From: an uncultured Eubacteriales bacterium | GTDB lineage: Bacteria; Bacillota; Clostridia; Christensenellales; UBA1242 | Assembly (NCBI GenBank): GCA_949077035.1 | Contig: CARUPR010000004.1 | Location: forward strand, 29,721-93,720 | Direction of reading: 5' to 3' | DNA length: 64,000 nt | Shown here: in pieces, positions 47,144-53,875 of the stretch | Layout of the letters: every line of letters begins with the position of its first letter | Position numbering within the stretch: position 1 is the first letter of the stretch | Position numbers and translations under genes: made by a program | Notes under the pieces: model-generated | The model's input: only the letters and a program-made list of their open reading frames with translations | Database searches by the model: none | What the model was told of the DNA's origin: nothing

Positions 47144-50100
47144 ATGGAAAAAATAAATGGTAAACTTGTAGATGTAACCAATGAGGATATAAAACTTTTA
47201 GAAAGCAATCCTGAAGCTTTTTGGAAGGGTGTAACATCTATCGGACCTCATGCTTTTAATAACTGCGAAAGTTTAAAAAATATTGTAATCCCTGAATCAA
47301 TTGTTGAAATTAGTGATAATGCATTTATGGATTGCTTTTATTTAGAGAGTTTAGAGATGTCAGATTCGGTCCAAACATTGGGTAGTGGTGCTTTTTTCGG
47401 ATGTCAAAAGTTGACAAACATTAAATTGTCAAATTCGCTTAAAAGTTTGGGGAATAATACTTTTGGGAGCTGTGCAAATCTGAAGAATATTGATTTGCCA
47501 GCTTCACTTGAAAGTATAGGAGATAATGCCTTCTTTAACTGCATAAGCTTAGAAAATTTAGAGATGTCAGATTCGGTCCAAACATTGGGTAGTAGTGCTT
47601 TTTCCAGATGTCAAAAGTTGACAAACATTAAATTGTCAAATTCGCTTAAAAGTTTGGGGAATGAGGCTTTTAAGGGCTGTAAAAATCTGAAGAATATTGA
47701 TTTGCCAGCTTCACTTGAAAGTATTGGACAAAATATTTTTGAGAGTTGTTCAAGCTTGGATGGTATTGTTTTGCCAAATTTAATAACAAAAATTCCTTTT
47801 GAGGCTTTTAGATGTTGCAAAAATTTAAAAAGTGTAGTTTTGCCAGATAAGCTCATAGAAATTGAAGAAAATGCATTTTATCAATGTGATAGTTTAAAAG
47901 AGATAATTATTCCAAATTCTGTGAGAGAAATTGGCAAGAGTGTATTTGAAGATTGTGAAAGTTTAACAAGTGTAATAATGTCTGATTCAGTGAAAACTAT
48001 AGGAGAGTCTGCATTTCGTGAGTGTGAAAGTTTAGTAAATGTAAAATTGTCAAATTCTGTGGATATAATAGAAGAAAATGCATTTTATCAATGTAATAGT
48101 TTAAAAGAAATAATTATTCCAAATTCTGTGAGAGAAATTGGCAGGAAGGCATTTTATGAGTGTGAAAGTTTAACAAGAGTAACAATGTCTGATTCTGTAG
48201 AAACTATAGGAGCGTCTGCATTTCGTGGGTGTGAAAGTTTAGTAAATGTAAAATTGTCAAATTCTCTTAAAAGTATAACAGATAGAGTTTTTGAAGATTG
48301 TGAAAGTTTAAAATATATAGATTTACCAAATACTCTGAAAAATATAGGCGATAGTGCTTTTGCTTGTTGTTTTGAATTACAAGAAATTGATATCCCAAAT
48401 TTTGTTACAGAAATAGGAGAAAATGCATTTTATTGTTGTAAAAATTTAACAAGAGTAACAATGTCTGATTCTGTAAGAGCTATAGGCTCGGCTGCTTTTT
48501 ATGAATGTAAAGGATTGGAAAATATAAAGTTATCAAATTCATTGCAAAATATGGGAGCATATGCTTTTAGAGATTGTAGAAGTTTAAAAAACATAGATTT
48601 GCCAGAACAAATTAAAAATATTGAAAAGTTTACATTTTTCGGTTGCACAAATTTGGCTGATGTAAAATTGCCAGAAGAAGTCATGACTATAGGAAATTCT
48701 GCTTTTAATTTCTGTGAAAATTTAAAAAATATAGACTTTCCAGATACTTTGAAAGAAATAGACTTTGAAGCATTTGCTGGTTGCAATAGTTTGACAAATG
48801 TGTCATTACCTGATAATGAGTTGCTTGTTGGTGAAAATGCGTTTAAAAATTGCAAAAATTTAACCAGTTTAAAAATCTCATCACAAATGCAAACTACCGC
48901 AACAAAACTTTATCAAGGAAAAAAGTCAATAACCTGTAATGATAAGACACTTGAATTATATAGCGAATTTTTAAGCAGCATAATAAAACAAAACAGGCTT
49001 GATGATGTTTTTCAAAATGTTTATCAAAGGCAGATAAATAAAGTTTTGGAACTTGTTGATTTATCAGATGAAACTGTCAACCAAAACAACTTGTTTGATT
49101 ATATAAATTTCTGTTCTGTGCTTGGGGCGTTTGAAGACAAAGATAAAATAATAAAGGTCAATGGTGGAGATGTTGCTGTCAAAGACATGGCACTTGCACT
49201 CTTAATTGAAGCAAAGCAAAATAATCAATTAAAGTTTGATAAAATGCATATGCGATATCAGGGGCTTAATCCTCAGGGCTTTAATGAACAATTTTTTAGA
49301 TTCTGTTTAAATAAAGACAACTGGAATGATTTAAACAATCAGGAAGATGGATTTTTTGAAAGAGTTTATGAATGGTTTATGGCAAGAGAAAGTTTTGATT
49401 TGACAAACAATTTGCAAGATGAAACCTTGCCACATAAAGAGGAAAATAGATATAAGCTTTGTGTATACAAGACTGTTGATAGCGGAATTGATAAGCTAAA
49501 ATGGTTGAAGCCAACAGTAGAATTATTTAAGAAGGCTTTTTTAGAGCAGAAGTTTTCAGGTATTGAATCGAATAGGGATAGAGAAATTGCAGAAGAAATA
49601 TCTAAACATAACATCTATCAACAAAAACACTTTGACAAAGCCAAAGAGATTGATAAAGAAAGGCAGGAGTTGGGCATCAAAAATGTGCTTGAAAAACCGG
49701 TGGCTCAGGGCAGGATTGCAAGTTTAGATGATTATAGAGAAAGGACAAAGGCGCTAAGAGGGCAAATTTTGCAAACTTCAAAAGAAATTTTGGCGCAAGA
49801 GAAGGAAGACACCTCTCATATCTTCACCTATGATGTGCTTGATAAAAGTGACCCTGTCAACTTTGCTATTGGCTGTTATACAAACTGCTGTGCCAAGTTG
49901 TATGGTGCTGGGGCTGGCGCAATGAGAGCGATGATTATTCATCCTGACATTCAACCTCTTGCGATAAGAGATTTTGATGGAAATATTATCTCTTTCGGCA
50001 TAATCTATGTCAATAGAGAGGAAGGCTATGCCGTTGTAAACAACTTTGAAGTCAACCTTGCTTATGAAGGGCAAGATAGTCAAAGAAGGGCGATTTATGA

Positions 50101-50365
50101 CAAAGCCTTGGAAGGGGTAAAAGCATTTGTCGGTGAGTATAATCTTGAAAACCCTGACAAGCCTATTAGGAAGGTGACTTGTGGATACTCACCAAACTGG
50201 ATTGCTTTAAATGACTTTGTCCGTGAAAATCCAGAAAGTCCAATTTTAAAGGCGCCAAACTTCAATGATTTTAAATATGTTGGTGGCGGATTATGGAGTG
50301 GCGACTGGCATGAAAATCAATATGTTTTGTGGGAGGAGGAAAGTGAAGATGAAATCTCAAGATGA
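47144..50365 (+). CDS. BspA-type leucine-rich-repeat protein (~570 aa of LRR) fused to an unrecognised ~500-aa C-terminal domain; no signal peptide
   Basis: About 24 units of the 23-aa pattern 'L..I.IP.SV..IG..AF..C.SL'. C-terminal half has no known motif but includes the Cys patch 'AIGCYTNCCAKLYGAGAGAMRAMIIHPD'. Confidence 0.8.
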   Translation: MEKINGKLVDVTNEDIKLLESNPEAFWKGVTSIGPHAFNNCESLKNIVIPESIVEISDNAFMDCFYLESLEMSDSVQTLGSGAFFGCQKLTNIKLSNSLKSLGNNTFGSCANLKNIDLPASLESIGDNAFFNCISLENLEMSDSVQTLGSSAFSRCQKLTNIKLSNSLKSLGNEAFKGCKNLKNIDLPASLESIGQNIFESCSSLDGIVLPNLITKIPFEAFRCCKNLKSVVLPDKLIEIEENAFYQCDSLKEIIIPNSVREIGKSVFEDCESLTSVIMSDSVKTIGESAFRECESLVNVKLSNSVDIIEENAFYQCNSLKEIIIPNSVREIGRKAFYECESLTRVTMSDSVETIGASAFRGCESLVNVKLSNSLKSITDRVFEDCESLKYIDLPNTLKNIGDSAFACCFELQEIDIPNFVTEIGENAFYCCKNLTRVTMSDSVRAIGSAAFYECKGLENIKLSNSLQNMGAYAFRDCRSLKNIDLPEQIKNIEKFTFFGCTNLADVKLPEEVMTIGNSAFNFCENLKNIDFPDTLKEIDFEAFAGCNSLTNVSLPDNELLVGENAFKNCKNLTSLKISSQMQTTATKLYQGKKSITCNDKTLELYSEFLSSIIKQNRLDDVFQNVYQRQINKVLELVDLSDETVNQNNLFDYINFCSVLGAFEDKDKIIKVNGGDVAVKDMALALLIEAKQNNQLKFDKMHMRYQGLNPQGFNEQFFRFCLNKDNWNDLNNQEDGFFERVYEWFMARESFDLTNNLQDETLPHKEENRYKLCVYKTVDSGIDKLKWLKPTVELFKKAFLEQKFSGIESNRDREIAEEISKHNIYQQKHFDKAKEIDKERQELGIKNVLEKPVAQGRIASLDDYRERTKALRGQILQTSKEILAQEKEDTSHIFTYDVLDKSDPVNFAIGCYTNCCAKLYGAGAGAMRAMIIHPDIQPLAIRDFDGNIISFGIIYVNREEGYAVVNNFEVNLAYEGQDSQRRAIYDKALEGVKAFVGEYNLENPDKPIRKVTCGYSPNWIALNDFVRENPESPILKAPNFNDFKYVGGGLWSGDWHENQYVLWEEESEDEISR
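47342..47755 (+). repeat. Intragenic 207-bp (69-aa, 3-LRR) tandem duplication, near-identical copies
   Basis: 'gagatgtcagattcggtccaaacattgggtag...' occurs at 47354 and again at 47561, exactly 207 bp apart. Confidence 0.85.
47864..48277 (+). repeat. Second intragenic 207-bp tandem duplication
   Basis: 'gaagaaaatgcattttatcaatgt(g/a)atagtttaaaaga(g/a)ataattattccaaattctgtgagagaaattggca' occurs at 47864 and 48071. Confidence 0.85.
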
Positions 50366-50582
50366 CCTTTTGGAAGAATACACAAAGATAAATTTGCAAT
50401 TGAATAATGCACTTGACGTTCTCACTCTTTTAGATAAAGAAAGGGATAAAATTATAGCGCTTGCTGAAAGTGATATGACTAATGCAGTGCAAGAGAAGAT
50501 GGAAGAAAATTTGATTGAATATGAAAGATTATCGCAATATATTGTCAAACTTAAAATGAAGGCAGAGGAATTGAAAAAATAA
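50349..50582 (+). CDS. Small (77 aa) coiled-coil protein whose start overlaps the LRR gene end
   Basis: ATG at 50349 preceded by GGAGGAGGAAAGTGAAG. Overlaps the LRR stop (50363-50365) by 17 nt. Heptad-like 'LLEEYTKINLQLNNALDVLTLLDKERDKI'. Confidence 0.55.
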   Translation: MKSQDDLLEEYTKINLQLNNALDVLTLLDKERDKIIALAESDMTNAVQEKMEENLIEYERLSQYIVKLKMKAEELKK

Positions 50583-50621
50583 AAGTTGATGCTTGAAAAA
50601 AATTCATACTAGGAGGAAAGA

Positions 50622-53600
50622 ATGTTAAGTCAAAAGGACAGACAAAACTACTTTGCACAGAGGATAATCAATAGGGCGAAGATTAAAGACGGGGTTGTGA
50701 CACTGGTTGTTTCAAAAAAAGAACTTATCGACCCTATGCTTAAAGCCTGCTTTAAGGATAAGTTTTTTCAAAGTCAGTTTGATGGTCAAAAAATAAAATT
50801 TTTATGTGACGACAGCGACCTTTTCTTTAAGGAAGAGGAGTTTCTTTCGCTGGTTGAAAACTATCAGGCAATGGAAGAAAGTAAAGGAAAATTATCTTTT
50901 AAAGAAAGGGTCTATCGTGGGATTCGCAGAGAATTTGATAATGAAGAATTGGTTGAATTTTCTGAAGCGATAAATACTGTTGAAAGGTCCTTTGAAGATG
51001 TTTTAAAAATCAACAAAAAGTTGTATGAGATTGCAGAAACGATAAATAGCGGTTATGTTGATGACGAAGGCAACGTCAAGATGCTTTCTCCTTTTGAGAA
51101 ATATTTTTTATGTTATCAAATTGTAAATGATGTTGAATATTTTGTTGAAGATAGAAATGATTATCAAAATGTAGGCCACAGCATATCTCGAAGTTTAATT
51201 GATGTAATCAATAATCAAAAGGGTTGCTGCGCTGGCAAGGCCGAATATTTATATGCTCTTTTAAGCATGGTGGGAATTGATAGCTGTCCTGTTTATATAA
51301 ATAGTTATCGTGAACATATCTTATACGAACAAACCGAGTATGATAAAAAATTGTCAGAATATAATCAAATGCTAGAAAATTACATTTCTGATGAACGTTG
51401 GTCTTCAGATAATGACTGGTCTTCAAATAAGTCGCTTGAAATCAGTGCAATGCGGAAGAATCTGGTAAAAGCTGAAAGAGATTTGGCTGAAATGAAGAAA
51501 AAAATAAATAATATTTGGGATTCTATAATAGTTGACCACGCAACAAATCTTATCAATCTCAAGGATGAAAAATATTCTATAAATGGCATTTTTATGGGTG
51601 ATGCAACCGATATTAATAAATTAGATATTTTGCCAATCCCAGAAAATTTTGATTTTATATTCAACTTTGTCTCTTTATTTACTTCTATGGACAGAGTATC
51701 TGCATTTTTGGATAAAATTGAAAAAAGAGAGGTTAATAATCAAACTAATAATGAGGTAAAAGATTATATTGCCATTTCAAGAAGGTTGATTATTGACCAA
51801 TTTAAAAAACAAATTGCAGGTAAGAAAGGGTTAAATGATTTTGAAGTGCACTCTTCTTCATTTATTCAAAAGCTTGAGGAGGGTGAAAACTATGACCAAG
51901 TTTTAAAATTGATTGACGAATATTGTTCTGACGTTGATGATAAAACTGGCGAGCCAAACAAGTTTGCGCCAGTTTATCGTGAAATCTTTGAAAAAATCTT
52001 GTATGATGAAAATGAGAGATTTATTAAAATTGTGTCAGTCAAAGACCTTTATTCAAAAATGAAAAAGGCAAATTTTGTAAATGATGTCCAAATAGATAGT
52101 TATCTTGAGGCAAAGAAGGTTTCTGACAAAGCTTTCAAACAGCTTTTTGAAGGCAGCGAATATGCGGCTGCACATGATTTAATAAATCATAATGTATACT
52201 TTGAATATCTGCCTCCTTATTTTAGGGACAACAAAAGACTTGTTCGAATTGCTGTCAAGGAAGATTATCATAACCTTGAATTTGCCTCTGAAAGATTGAA
52301 AGGTGATGGAGGAATTGTTTTTATTGCATTGTCACAGGACCTTTCTGCATTTGATTATGCTTCAGAAAGACTTAAAAATGACCCAGATTATATGTTGTCA
52401 GTCATTGACGATATTTCTTATAAGGCATTTGAATATGCTTCAGAAAGACTTAAAAATGACCCAGATTTTATAGCTGATGCGGTAGAGAAAGATTATAAAG
52501 TGTTGGATATCATCTATCCAGACTTGTATGAAATGAAATACAATAGTTTTAATATCGGTCTTGTTTTAAGTTGTATTAAGCAGGCATATCTTCCAACTTT
52601 TTTCCCATATTTGCCAAAAAAATTTAAAAATGACCATTCAATTGTTTTGGAAACCGTCAAAATAAGAGGGTCTATGCTGGAAAATGTTCCAGTAAAATTT
52701 AGAAATGATAAAGAAATTGTCATTGCTGCGATAAAACAAGATTGTGGTGTATTTGATATTATTTCAGAAGAGCTAAAAAATGATAAAGATGTTGTTTTGG
52801 CATTGGTTAAAGAAGGTTGGTATTTACTTAAGAATCTTTCAGAAAAACTAAGAAATGATAAAGATGTAATTTTGGCAGCGATTTCCGAATCTGGTTATGC
52901 ACTTGAGTTTGCTTCTAAAGAATTACAAAACGACCGCGAAATTGTTTTAACAGCAATTAAGAAAAATTATGAAGCATTTGAGTTTGCTTCCGATGAGCTT
53001 AAGAATGACCGCGATATTGTTTTGGGATTAGTAAAACAAAATTGGAATGCGCTTGAATTTGCTTCAGAGGAGCTTAAGAATGACAAAGAAATTGTTATGG
53101 CAGCAGTTGCAGGTTGTGGTCATGCACTTGAATATGCTTCAGACAAACTTAAGAATGATAAAGACGTTGTTTTGGCAGCAATTATGCGAAATGGAGATGC
53201 GCTTTTGTTTGCTTCAGAGGAAATGAAAGATAATTTTGAAATAGTTATGGCAGCAGTAGAAAAAAATGTGTCAAATTTTAAATATTCATCAGAAAAAATG
53301 AAAGATAATATGGAGGCAGCGTTGTATGTTGTCTTAAAAGATAGTTATGCGATTAATTTTCTTTCTAATAGGCTTCAAAACTTAGAATTTTTTAAATATG
53401 GTTATTATAGGGAAACTTTTTTGGTAAAAACTCTTGACAAGCTTGCCAAAGACCTTGAAAACTTTTCAAAGCTTCCACTTGAATTTTTTAAAGAGGAAAA
53501 CTCACCAGTTCTTGATGTCGCGATGGAGCTTGTTAAGCTTAAACTTTCTCAGCTTCCTCAAACTGAAGAAAGCAAAGAATATAGAAATAAAATAAGGCTG

Positions 53601-53714
53601 ATGATGAAAAAGACTGTTGAAGAAAATGCGGCAAAATTATTAAAAAGTAATGACAAAGAGAAAACATCTCAGACCGATTTATCTGAAAATGAAGAAACCG
53701 ATAAAGATTATTAA
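50622..53714 (+). CDS. Transglutaminase-like (Cys-His-Asp) domain protein fused to about 12 DUF4116-type repeats and the shared C-terminal module
   Basis: RBS TAGGAGGAAAG. 'NQKGCCAGKAEYLYALLSMVGIDSCPVYINSY', then 'VDHATNLINL' and 'GIFMGDATD', match the transglutaminase-core pattern G.C..fa.l..al.r..GI....v.gy / HaWn.v / D.t. The C-terminal half consists of 'LKNDKD(V/I)VLAA(I/V)...G.ALEFAS' repeats. Confidence 0.65.
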   Translation: MLSQKDRQNYFAQRIINRAKIKDGVVTLVVSKKELIDPMLKACFKDKFFQSQFDGQKIKFLCDDSDLFFKEEEFLSLVENYQAMEESKGKLSFKERVYRGIRREFDNEELVEFSEAINTVERSFEDVLKINKKLYEIAETINSGYVDDEGNVKMLSPFEKYFLCYQIVNDVEYFVEDRNDYQNVGHSISRSLIDVINNQKGCCAGKAEYLYALLSMVGIDSCPVYINSYREHILYEQTEYDKKLSEYNQMLENYISDERWSSDNDWSSNKSLEISAMRKNLVKAERDLAEMKKKINNIWDSIIVDHATNLINLKDEKYSINGIFMGDATDINKLDILPIPENFDFIFNFVSLFTSMDRVSAFLDKIEKREVNNQTNNEVKDYIAISRRLIIDQFKKQIAGKKGLNDFEVHSSSFIQKLEEGENYDQVLKLIDEYCSDVDDKTGEPNKFAPVYREIFEKILYDENERFIKIVSVKDLYSKMKKANFVNDVQIDSYLEAKKVSDKAFKQLFEGSEYAAAHDLINHNVYFEYLPPYFRDNKRLVRIAVKEDYHNLEFASERLKGDGGIVFIALSQDLSAFDYASERLKNDPDYMLSVIDDISYKAFEYASERLKNDPDFIADAVEKDYKVLDIIYPDLYEMKYNSFNIGLVLSCIKQAYLPTFFPYLPKKFKNDHSIVLETVKIRGSMLENVPVKFRNDKEIVIAAIKQDCGVFDIISEELKNDKDVVLALVKEGWYLLKNLSEKLRNDKDVILAAISESGYALEFASKELQNDREIVLTAIKKNYEAFEFASDELKNDRDIVLGLVKQNWNALEFASEELKNDKEIVMAAVAGCGHALEYASDKLKNDKDVVLAAIMRNGDALLFASEEMKDNFEIVMAAVEKNVSNFKYSSEKMKDNMEAALYVVLKDSYAINFLSNRLQNLEFFKYGYYRETFLVKTLDKLAKDLENFSKLPLEFFKEENSPVLDVAMELVKLKLSQLPQTEESKEYRNKIRLMMKKTVEENAAKLLKSNDKEKTSQTDLSENEETDKDY

Positions 53715-53875
53715 TCTGATGGGGAGTTTGCAAATAGAAGAGCTGGCAGAGAAGATTCTGATTTGTTTTCAAGCAGGGGTGCTGACAGTGATGAATCTGA
53801 TTTGTTTTCAAGCAGTGGGTCTGATAGAGAAATTTAATTAAAAAAGGGCTTAAAAAAAAGGTCACAGGAGAAAAT

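Noticed and set aside
53539-53865. ORFs 53650..53841 (+) and 53539..53865 (-) in the gap between the two transglutaminase-like genes.
   Set aside because: They have no RBS and overlap the upstream gene's end. Their translations are driven by the 37-bp direct repeat. The in-frame read-through frame is reported instead as a low-interest finding.
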